This document shows, one piece after another, positions 1-9,736 of a stretch of 64,000 bases of DNA (position 1 is the stretch's first letter; every line of letters begins with the position of its first letter). The notes below the pieces were generated by a model. The model was given only the letters and a program-made list of their open reading frames with translations, was not told where the DNA came from and made no database searches. The translations under genes and the position numbers were made by a program. Source of the DNA: Macrostomum lignano (lineage: Eukaryota); contig NIVC01002479.1 in assembly GCA_002269645.1 (NCBI GenBank), forward strand, positions 62,001-126,000, in the 5' to 3' direction.

Positions 1-3000
1 TGCTGGAGTATCAACAGCAGCTAAACGATCTTCGCGAGAAAGTTCGTATCACGGAGGAGCTTAAATCTGCGATCGAGACCGACTCCAGTGATTTGACATC
101 TCGGCTAGCTGAAGTGAATCAGCTGTTAGAATCTAAAGACGAAGCGCTTACAAAATCTAGCGACAGAATCCAAGAGGTGAAGTCGAGAAGGAGATGCTGG
201 AAGAGAAGCTGCGTTCGCTACAGGAAGAGCACGACCATGTGTGCGAGTCGAAATCGTCGAAGGAGAAGGAGGTGGAGGAGCTGCGATCGCGGTTGTCAGA
301 GTTACAGAACGAAGCAGTGTGCTCTTCTGAGAAAGCTACTGAGCTTGAAGCACAGGTGCTGGAGTATCAACAGCAGCTGAACGATCTTCGCGAGAAAGTT
401 CGTACCACGGAGGAGCTTAAATCTGCGATCGAGACCGACTGCAGTGATCTGACATCTCGGCTAGCTGAAGTGAATCAGCTGTTAGCATCTAAAGACGAAG
501 CGCTTACAAAATCTAGCGACAGAATCCAAGAGGTGAAGTCGAGAAGGAGATGCTGGAAGAGAAGCTGTGTTCGCTACAGGAAGAGCACGACCATGTGTGC
601 GAGTCGAAATCGTCGAAGGAGAAGGAGGTGGAGGAGCTGCGATCGCGGTTGTCAGAGTTACAGAACGAAGCAGTGTGCTCTTCTGAGAAAGCTACTGAGC
701 TTGAAGCACAGGTGCTGGAGTATCAACAGCAGGTGAACGATCTTCGCGAGAAAGTTCGTATCACGGAGGAGCTTAAATCTGCGATCGAGACCGACTCCAG
801 TGATTTGACATCTCGGCTAGCTGAAGTGAATCAGCTGTTAGATCTAAAGACGAAGCGCTTACAAAATCTAGCGACAGAATCCAAGAGGTGAAGTCGAGAA
901 GGAGATGCTGGAAGAGAAGCTGCGTTCGCTACAGAAGAGCACGACCATGTGTGCGAGTCGAAATCGTCGAAGGAGAAGGAGGTGGAGGAGCTGCGATCGC
1001 GGTTGTCAGAGTTACAGAACGAAGCAGTGTGCTCTTCTGAGAAAGCTACTGAGCTTGAAGCACAGGTGCTGGAGTATCAACAGCAGCTAACGATCTTCGC
1101 GAGAAAGTTCGTATCACGGAGGAGCTTAAATCTGCGATCGAGACCGACTCCAGTGATTGACATCTCGGCTAGCTGAAGTGAATCAGCTGTTAGAATCTAA
1201 AGACGAAGCGCTTACAAAATCTAGCGACAGAATCCAAGAGGTGAAGTCGAGAAGGAGATGCTGGAAGAGAAGCTGCGTTCGCTACAGAAGAGCACGACCA
1301 TGTGTGCGAGTCGAAATCGTCGAAGGAGAAGGAGGTGGAGGAGCTGCGATCGCGGTTGTCAGAGTTACAGAACGAAGCAGTGTGCTCTTCTGAGAAAGCT
1401 ACTGAGCTTGAAGCACAGGTGCTGGAGTATCAACAGCAGCTGAACGATCTTCGCGAGAAAGTTCGTATCACGGAGGAGCTTAAATCTGCGATCGAGACCG
1501 ACTCCAGTGATTTGACATCTCGGCTAGCTGAAGTGAATCAGCTGTTAGAATCTAAAGACGAAGCGCTTACAAAATCTAGCGACAGAATCCAAGAGGTGGA
1601 AGTCGAGAAGGAGATGCTGGAAGAGAAGCTGCGTTCGCTACAGAAGAGCACGACCATGTGTGCGAGTCGAAATCGTCGAAGGAGAAGGAGGTGGAGGAGC
1701 TGCGATCGCGGTTGTCAGAGTTACAGAACGAAGCAGTGTGCTCTTCTGAGAAAGCTACTGAGCTTGAAGCACAGGTGCTGGAGTATCAACAGCAGCTAAA
1801 CGATCTTCGCGAGAAAGTTCGTATCACGGAGGAGCTTAAATCTGCGATCGAGACCGACTCCAGTGATTTGACATCTCGGCTAGCTGAAGTGAATCAGCTG
1901 TTAGATCTAAAGACGAAGCGCTTACAAAATCTAGCGACAGAATCCAAGAGGTGAAGTCGAGAAGGAGATGCTGGAAGAGAAGCTGCGTTCGCTACAGGAA
2001 GAGCACGACCATGTGTGCGAGTCGAAATCGTCGAAGGAGAAGGAGGTGGAGGAGCTGCGATCGCGGTTGTCAGAGTTACAGAACGAAGCAGTGTGCTCTT
2101 CTGAGAAAGCTACTGAGCTTGAAGCACAGGTGCTGGAGTATCAACAGCAGCTAAACGATCTTCGCGAGAAAGTTCGTATCACGGAGGAGCTTAAATCTGC
2201 GATCGAGACCGACTCCAGTGATTTGACATCTCGGCTAGCTGAAGTGAATCAGCTGTTAGCATCTAAAGACGAAGCGCTTACAAAATCTAGCGACAGAATC
2301 CAAGAGGTGGAAGTCGAGAAGGAGATGCTGGAAGAGAAGCTGCGTTCGCTACAGGAAGAGCACGACCATGTGTGCGAGTCGAAATCGTCGAAGGAGAAGG
2401 AGGTGGAGGAGCTGCGATCGCGGTTGTCAGAGTTACAGAACGAAGCAGTGTGCTCTTCTGAGAAAGCTACTGAGCTTGAAGCACAGGTGCTGGAGTATCA
2501 ACAGCAGGTGAACGATCTTCGCGAGAAAGTTCGTATCACGGAGGAGCTTAAATCTGCGATCGAGACCGACTGCAGTGATCTGACATCTCGGCTAGCTGAA
2601 GTGAATCAGCTGTTAGCATCTAAAGACGAAGCGCTTACAAAATCTAGCGACAGAATCCAAGAGATGAAAGTCGAGAAGGAGATGCTGGAAGAGAAGCTGC
2701 GTTCGCTACAGAAGAGCACGACCATGTGTGCGAGTCGAAATCGTCGAAGGAGAAGGAGGTGGAGGAGCTGCGATCGCGGTTGTCAGAGTTACAGAACGAA
2801 GCAGTGTGCTCTTCTGAGAAAGCTACTGAGCTTGAAGCACAGGTGCTGGAGTATCAACAGCAGCTGAACGATCTTCGCGAGAAAGTTCGTATCACGGAGG
2901 AGCTTAAATCTGCGATCGAGACCGACTCCAGTGATTTGACATCTCGGCTAGCTGAAGTGAATCAGCTGTTAGATCTAAAGACGAAGCGCTTACAAAATCT

Positions 3001-4200
3001 AGCGACAGAATCCAAGAGGTGGAAGTCGAGAAGGAGATGCTGGAAGAGAAGCTGCGTTCGCTACAGGAAGAGCACGACCATGTGTGCGAGTCGAAATCGT
3101 CGAAGGAGAAGGAGGTGGAGGAGCTGCGATCGCGGTTGTCAGAGTTACAGAACGAAGCAGTGTGCTCTTCTGAGAAAGCTACTGAGCTTGAAGCACAGGT
3201 GCTGGAGTATCAACAGCAGCTAAACGATCTTCGCGAGAAAGTTCGTATCACGGAGGAGCTTAAATCTGCGATCGAGACCGACTCCAGTGATTTGACATCT
3301 CGGCTAGCTGAAGTGAATCAGCTGTTAGCATCTAAAGACGAAGCGCTTACAAAATCTAGCGACAGAATCCAAGAGATGAAAGTCGAGAAGGAGATGCTGG
3401 AAGAGAAGCTGTGTTCGCTACAGGAAGAGCACGACCATGTGTGCGAATCGAAATCGTCGAAGGAGAAGGAGGTGGAGGAGCTGCGATCGCGGTTGTCAGA
3501 GTTACAGAACGAAGCAGTGTGCTCTTCTGAGAAAGCTACTGAGCTTGAAGCACAGGTGCTGGAGTATCAACAGCAGGTGAACGATCTTCGCGAGAAAGTT
3601 CGTACCACGGAGGAGCTTAAATCTGCGATCGAGACCGACTCCAGTGATTTGACATCTCGGCTAGCTGAAGTGAATCAGCTGTTAGCATCTAAAGACGAAG
3701 CGCTTACAAAATCTAGCGACAGAATCCAAGAGGTGGAAGTCGAGAAGGAGATGCTGGAAGAGAAGCTGCGTTCGCTACAGGAAGAGCACGACCATGTGTG
3801 CGAATCGAAATCGTCGAAGGAGAAGGAGGTGGAGGAGCTGCGATCGCGGTTGTCAGAGTTACAGAACGAAGCAGTGTGCTCTTCTGAGAAAGCTACTGAG
3901 CTTGAAGCACAGGTGCTGGAGTATCAACAGCAGCTAAACGATCTTCGCGAGAAAGTTCGTATCACGGAGGAGCTTAAATCTGCGATCGAGACCGACTCCA
4001 GTGATTTGACATCTCGGCTAGCTGAAGTGAATCAGCTGTTAGCATCTAAAGACGAAGCGCTTACAAAATCTAGCGACAGAATCCAAGAGGTGGAAGTCGA
4101 GAAGGAGATGCTGGAAGAGAAGCTGCGTTCGCTACAAGAAGAGCACGACCATGTGTGCGAATTGAAATCGTCGAAGGAGAAGGAGGTGGAGGAGCTGCGA
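1..4200 (+). repeat. Coding tandem repeat, 357-bp unit (119 aa), about 12 copies
   Basis: ATGCTGGAAGAGAAG recurs at 194, 550, 905, 1258, 1614, 1968, 2325, 2682, 3037, 3394, 3751 and 4108. Spacing is 357 in intact copies and 353-356 in copies with deletions. Confidence 0.97.
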
Positions 4201-5121
4201 TCCCGATTGTGTGAGTCGCAGATGAAGTTACTTGAAAGTGAAGAGGCTTTATCGAAGATTTCTGAGGAAAACGCTCATCTAAGTGACAAGCTTGATAATG
4301 AAGTGAAATCTGCTGCGTCCTCCACAGCCAAAGTTGAATCGCTAAACGCGGAAGTTCTTCAGAAAGAATATGAGATTATAGCTTTTCAAAATTCTATTTC
4401 GTCAGCGGAAGCAAAGATAGCTGCTTTGGAATCTTCTTTTGCCAGTTTATGCGATGAAAAATTAAAGCTTGAAAATGAATTTCAGCTTAAGGCATCGCAG
4501 TACGTTGAATTGGAGTGTCGAATCCGTAACCTTGAGGCTTGGAATAGCTCGACTAAGTCTTCGTTGGATTCGAAAGTAGCTGAACTTGCCGCTATGGAGG
4601 AACTGCTCAAGGAAGCAAACACTAAGCTAGACGGCGCTTGCGCTAACGCTTCCGCTCTTGAGAGTGAGCACTCCGAGATGCAGCGTAGAAATGTAGAATT
4701 GTCCAACGCTCTGGCAACTAAAGTTGTTGAGCTAAGCCGAGCCGAGGAGCATAGAGACGCAGTACTTTCTGATCTGTCCGATGTTAAAAAACAGCTCGCC
4801 GACTGCAGCCAGGAGTTAGTCTCAAGTCGCGAGCTGTTTCAAGCGGAGATCCACCAACTTAATGATGACATCAAGTTCAAAGAGCAATCGATCGCCGAGA
4901 CAACCGCCAGTCTGGCTGCTGCTCGGCAGGAAATCGAAAAATCAGTTAGCGAAGTGTCTACGCTGCAGTCTCGGCTTGATAACACCAAGATGAAGGTTGG
5001 ATTTCTGGAGACCGAGTTGGCCGCTTTTAAGGCGTTTGACGCCAATTCTGAATGCGCCCAGCAGGATTGTCCAAATTTGCCTAAGCTGCGCGACTCCAAA
5101 GCAACCATTTCTGGTCTTGAG
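1..5121 (+). CDS. Large coiled-coil protein, long repeat-containing exon (5' end outside window; apparent frameshifts in the 5' repeat copies)
   Basis: E/K/L/S-rich heptad sequence. ORF 3019-5160 is intact, and upstream ORF fragments are the same 119-aa unit broken by single-base deletions. The exon ends at GAG|GTTAGA (donor at 5122, phase 0). Confidence 0.8.
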
Positions 5122-5374
5122 GTTAGAATCGATTATATCCAACATGCTTTACTAAAGTAGTATAATACGAGCTAGTATATATATAAATACAACTTGTTCA
5201 TGACTCGGTGCTTTTCATGCACTCCCCCAATTTTCGTTAAGAATCTCGCCTAATTCCCCTAAAGAATATTCCTCAATTCCCCTTAATAATCTCCGTCGAT
5301 TAAGAATTCATATCCTTCCTCCCCCAAATAAGATTCAGCTATGCGCCAACGCTAAACAACGATACATATTGCAG

Positions 5375-5668
5375 GTTCGACTGCGCCAGCTCAGCAAGAT
5401 GTATCGCAGTCTGCGACCAGCCAACGCACCCACAGCCGCTGCCGCCGCTCAGCCGACCGCCGCAGCTTCGACTGCCACGCCTGAACTCGCCACGGTCGCC
5501 GCCGTCGCTGCCGCAGTCCCAGCCGCCACCCTCCGGTCGCGTCAGCCGACTCAGTCGGCTACTAACGCTGCTTCCAGCGTCGGCGGAGTCAACTCGCCGC
5601 GCTCGTCGCGTCGTCGGACGTCAGCTGCGCCGGAAGAGGAGCGGCCGCCCAACTGCAAGACGTCTTGA
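5375..5668 (+). CDS. Terminal exon of the coiled-coil gene (Ala/Ser/Pro-rich tail)
   Basis: Acceptor ttgcag|GTT at 5374/5375 is phase 0 and matches the donor at 5122. The joined read is ISGLE|VRLRQLSKMYRSLRP...CKTS*. Confidence 0.75.
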   Translation, partial: VRLRQLSKMYRSLRPANAPTAAAAAQPTAAASTATPELATVAAVAAAVPAATLRSRQPTQSATNAASSVGGVNSPRSSRRRTSAAPEEERPPNCKTS

Positions 5669-5771
5669 ATATCTACTGAGTTGGTCATTGCTGAATCCGT
5701 GTGGTATGGGACTGACGTTCTTTGTGGGCACCATTGACTCTGCCACTCTTGTCTTGTCTCCCTCTTCCTTT

Positions 5772-6496
5772 ACTCTGCCACCCCGCTCTGTGACTCTGCC
5801 ACCCTCTCTATGACTCTGCCACTCCGCTCTATGACTCTGCCACCCTCTCTATGACTGCCACCCTCTCTATGACTCTGCCACCCTCTCTATGACTCTGCCA
5901 CTCCGCTCTATGACTCTGCCACCCTCTCTATGACTCTGCCACCCCGCTCTGTGACTCTGCCACCCTCTCTATGACTCTGCCACTCCGCTCTATGACTCTG
6001 CCACCCTCTCTATGACTCTGCCACCCTGATCTATGATTCTGCCACCCTGATCTATGATTCTGCCACCCTTTCTATGACTCTACCACCCTCTCTATGACTC
6101 TGCCATCCTCTCTATGACTCTGCCACCCTGATCTATGATTCTGCCACCCTGATCTATGATTCTGCCACCCTTTCTATGACTCTGCCACCCTTTCTATGAC
6201 TCTGCCATCCTTTCTATGACTCTGCCACCCTCTCTATGACTCTGCCATCCTCTCTATGACTCTGCCACCCTGATCTATGATTCTGCCACCCTGATCTATG
6301 ATTCTGCCACCCTTTCTATGACTCTGCCACCCTCTCTATGACTCTGCCATCCTCTCTATGACTCTGCCACCCTGATCTATGATTCTGCCACCCTGATCTA
6401 TGACTCTGCCACCCTCTCTATGACTCTGCCACCCTCTCTATGACTCTTCCACCCTCTCTATGACTCTGCCACCCTGCTCTATGATTCTGCCACCCC
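5772..6496. repeat. Minisatellite, 20-bp unit ACTCTGCCACCCTCTCTATG
   Basis: Direct tandem copies with few variants (CTGATC, CTTTC, CCGCTC). Confidence 0.95.
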
Positions 6497-7544
6497 ACTC
6501 CATATTCTTCGGCGCATCTAATCTAATCCAATCGATACACGATTGCATGCTTAAATAGTTTCTAAAGTACGACCACGGAAGTAGTTTCGGAAGTAAGAAT
6601 TCGTTTATTGCATCCATTGTTTGAAAAAAGAAGCGTTTTTCCTACGATTTTTCCCCATAATTTTGTTCCCTTTAGATTTTCTGTTTCTAAGTGAGGAATT
6701 CTTGACGAAATTCCTTATAATTTGTCCTCGTTTAAACATTGCTGCGACTTTATTATCTTGTGTTGCTATTCTGTTGCTAACCACTTTTACAGCTAGAATC
6801 TTTATTTTGTTTTAAGTCTCTACAAGCTTATTACAGGTACTCTGTTCTGCAAAAAATAACGAATTCCGGTCAGAATTTATTCGTAAGCATTTCTGGGTCA
6901 ATAAATACAAATATGTGCATTTTAAATTGACTATTCAGCTCTCGAAAGCCATTTTTGCATAATTAGCTCCATTCATTTATATCTCTATTGCCCGATTCTA
7001 TTTATACTACTGCTATTGCTAAGTAGGTATACGAGTACAAGATTTTGCGTACCAACAAAGTTAAATTACATATGTATAAGATACTCGGCAGTTTCTCCAG
7101 CCGCATTTATTCATTAATAATTTTTCAGTTGAAAACACTTACAAGTCTCGTCAGCCAGTCTTGTCGAGTTCGATTTCATAACTAAGCTCCTATTTTTTTA
7201 CTTTTGCTCTTAATTCACTTTTTAATTGCCGAATTTATTGATTTCTCACGTTCTGTGCGTTTAATTTTCGATTTGAAAACATCTTCGTGATTTAATAAAT
7301 ACACACAACCAGCTTAATAAATTGCCATTTGTCACAGCTAGCATTTCTGAGCTGAGTTGGTTTCTTTTTAAATTGCTTTGGTGCAGTAATGCAGTTTAGT
7401 CAGTTCTTAGGTTCTAGTCATTTAGGAAAACTATACAAGCGTACAATTGATTAATATCCTGACTGATTTCAGCTTTAAACTTGACACAAAGATGCGTAAT
7501 GACAAGTGGGGTGAGCGGTAAATGCGTCCGACCGTCGCTTTTCC

Positions 7545-8318
7545 CAGTGTTGGGCGCGATACTTTAAAAAAGTATCGTTTTAAAGCGATACTCCGATACC
7601 GATACTCTAAAAGGTATCGGCGATATTTGTTGGTCCGATACCAAAATTTAAGTATCGCGCGATACTTCATTCCGATACTTGGTCCGATACATCATTTTTT
7701 CGCGTTTTCTCACTTTTCTGCATCTATCAAGCCAAAAATGAAGAAAAAGCTCTTAGCTACTTAATTTTTAGACACTAGAGACTCTAGTAAGACGTGGCTG
7801 ACCAGAGAAGAAGATTAAATGGGCAAAATATTGTTATAAATTTTCATTATATTTATATTAGCATTTGCACCTACATAGTACATTAAGATGAAAAGACTAC
7901 ATGATAGATGATACAAAAATAATAATGCGCATGATATGTAAAAACTCCAACAGATGTTACTTGACTTTCACTAATATCATTTCAGAATTCAATTCAGAGC
8001 GGCTCGAGTGGGATATGCTGGTTGCCCCGGAGAAGTACCAGCAGCCTCATGAGGGTCGAATCGGCCAGTGGAGTGCGCTTTGCACGGAGAACGTCCTTTC
8101 TTTACTTCCTGTTACTTTCTTTAATACTTTCTAGGCTTTTTAGTCAAATTTATTACTATTAGTTTGATTAAATGTATCGGATTATCGGACTTAAGAAAAT
8201 GTATCGGCGATACCAATTCAAGGTCCGATACTGAGAAAAAAAGTAACGAGGTCCGATACTCCGATACTCAAATGGTATCGGCGATACTATCGGAGTATCA
8301 GACCTGTGCCCAACACTG
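7545..8318. mobile_element. Non-autonomous hAT-like DNA transposon (MITE), 774 bp
   Basis: Perfect 11-bp TIRs: CAGTGTTGGGC (7545-7555) and GCCCAACACTG (8308-8318). The flanking 8-mers GCTTTTCC and GCGATTCC match at 6/8 (decayed 8-bp TSD). Both subterminal regions are dense in CGATAC/GTATCG motifs. No transposase. Confidence 0.75.
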
Positions 8319-8664
8319 GCGATTCCGCAAACGGCTACATTAAATTTGCGGTTTTGCACACGAACATTGGCTTCGGGCTTTGCCATGTACGATTAGGTCA
8401 ACGTCCTATGGCACTGTGTCTGAGCAGCTAGCTCAGCGGTAAACCCGCTGAGATTTTCCCGACAGTTTTTTCCTAGCCGATGTTAGCGTCCACCCTTCTA
8501 CGCTCGTAGAGCCCCTGCCCCCTGAATTCACTGGATCGGGAGCCCTTTTTCTGCCTCCTGCCATAAAAACATTCTCGTAAATAAGAATGTGATGTACACG
8601 CGTACATATACACGCCTGAGTGCTAATTTGCTCGTATGTGCATGTATGAAGCATGTAAGGACTG

Positions 8665-8853
8665 TAAGGGGGTTGCCACACACCCTCAATTACCCCAGCT
8701 AATGCTGGCACCCATTTTACAGCTGGGTGAACTGAAGCAATGCAGAGTTCAGTGTCTTGCTCAAGGACACAAATAGTTCCGAGTGAGTGGAGAATCGCAC
8801 CTCCGAAATTTAATTCGTGAGCCCGACGCTTAAACCACTAGGCTACAACCCTT
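8665..8853 (-). mobile_element. tRNA-headed CORE-like SINE, copy 1
   Basis: Minus strand reads an A-box TAGCCTAGTGG, a degenerate B-box GGTGCGATTC, then TGTGTCCTTGAGCAAGACACTGAACTCTGCATTGCTTCAGTTCACCCAGCTGTAAAATGGG, which resembles the MIR/AFC CORE domain. Homologous to 22030-22296. Confidence 0.75.
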
Positions 8854-9448
8854 CCTTATGGGCACGGATGCATCGATCCAGGAGTCGCGGCGCAAGAGTC
8901 ACACGGAAAAATCTCTTACTAAAAATCTCTAATTGGCTGCATTGATGTACGAATACGATTCACTGCACCCATGAGGGCCAACTCCAAAAGCTCAGATAGT
9001 GTACATGCCTGACGATTAGAAATTCAGGGCCATCGATGTACACTCTGGGAGCGCTTTTTAGCGCCGCAGGCATTCATTTTGGCGCCCCGAAGCAAAACTA
9101 CTGATTTCCATATCAGGTCATACCGTCATGGTGTTGTTGGGGGGGACAAAGCTTTAGGATGTCCCCCCATAGATTTTAATGGGGGAATATGTCCCCCTTG
9201 CCCACCCCCCCCTCGGTAGCGACGCCCCTGCTGTGGTTATTACGCAGCTGAATAGACGCGTCACCATGATCAGGTCCAATTGCAGTTGCAGCGGCTGGGC
9301 CTTTGGTTGCCTCACCTTGGCCAACTGGCAAAAACCGAAGACAAACTCTTATCTAATCTCAACCGATTTGTTTCCGTGCACGCCATTAAATTTTATTTAT
9401 AGCTTTAAAACAAGAAAGTTTTGTAATACAAACAAAAGCTTTGTACAG

Positions 9449-9736
9449 TTAGTATTTCAACTTTCCTAGGTAGAATTTGCGCAGCACAGCTTTGAAGTTC
9501 ACGTACCGGTGGATCAAGCGGAACTCGTTAGTTGCATCCCGGCCGGCCACTTCCAGCAGCTTGTCTTTGCCGCCTGGGTGGAATTTTAAGTAGCTGGTAA
9601 CGTCGAAGACTAGGCCTTCTAACGCAATCCAGCAGCTGTTCTCGTCAGTGTGAAGCCTCAGTTCATCGAACGAGATCCACTCTGTGCTGCTTACCGATTT
9701 CCGCGATTCTTGGAAACTTTTCCATTGCTTGTCCAT
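9449..9736 (-). CDS. Cytochrome b5-like heme-binding domain protein (95 aa, CYB5R4 N-terminal-like, no membrane anchor)
   Basis: Motifs CWIALEGLVFDVTSYLKFHPGG...AGRDATNEFRLIH...FYLGKL, including HPGG and the second axial His. Confidence 0.9.
   Translation of the reverse strand: MDKQWKSFQESRKSVSSTEWISFDELRLHTDENSCWIALEGLVFDVTSYLKFHPGGKDKLLEVAGRDATNEFRLIHRYVNFKAVLRKFYLGKLKY

Noticed and set aside
8425-8445. TAGCTCAGCGG A-box as a tRNA gene
   Set aside because: No B-box or cloverleaf follows. The SINE heads also do not form complete tRNA structures, so no tRNA gene is called.
9005-9030. CTGACGA...GAAA as a hammerhead core
   Set aside because: Only 3 nt separate the two motifs (no stem II), and the second copy of the element has CGGACGA.
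9025-9229. Second MITE (CAGGGCC...GCCCCTG with GGGGGGAC/GTCCCCCC hairpin)
   Set aside because: TIR match is only 6-7 bp and there is no TSD; possibly a fragment, but unsupported.
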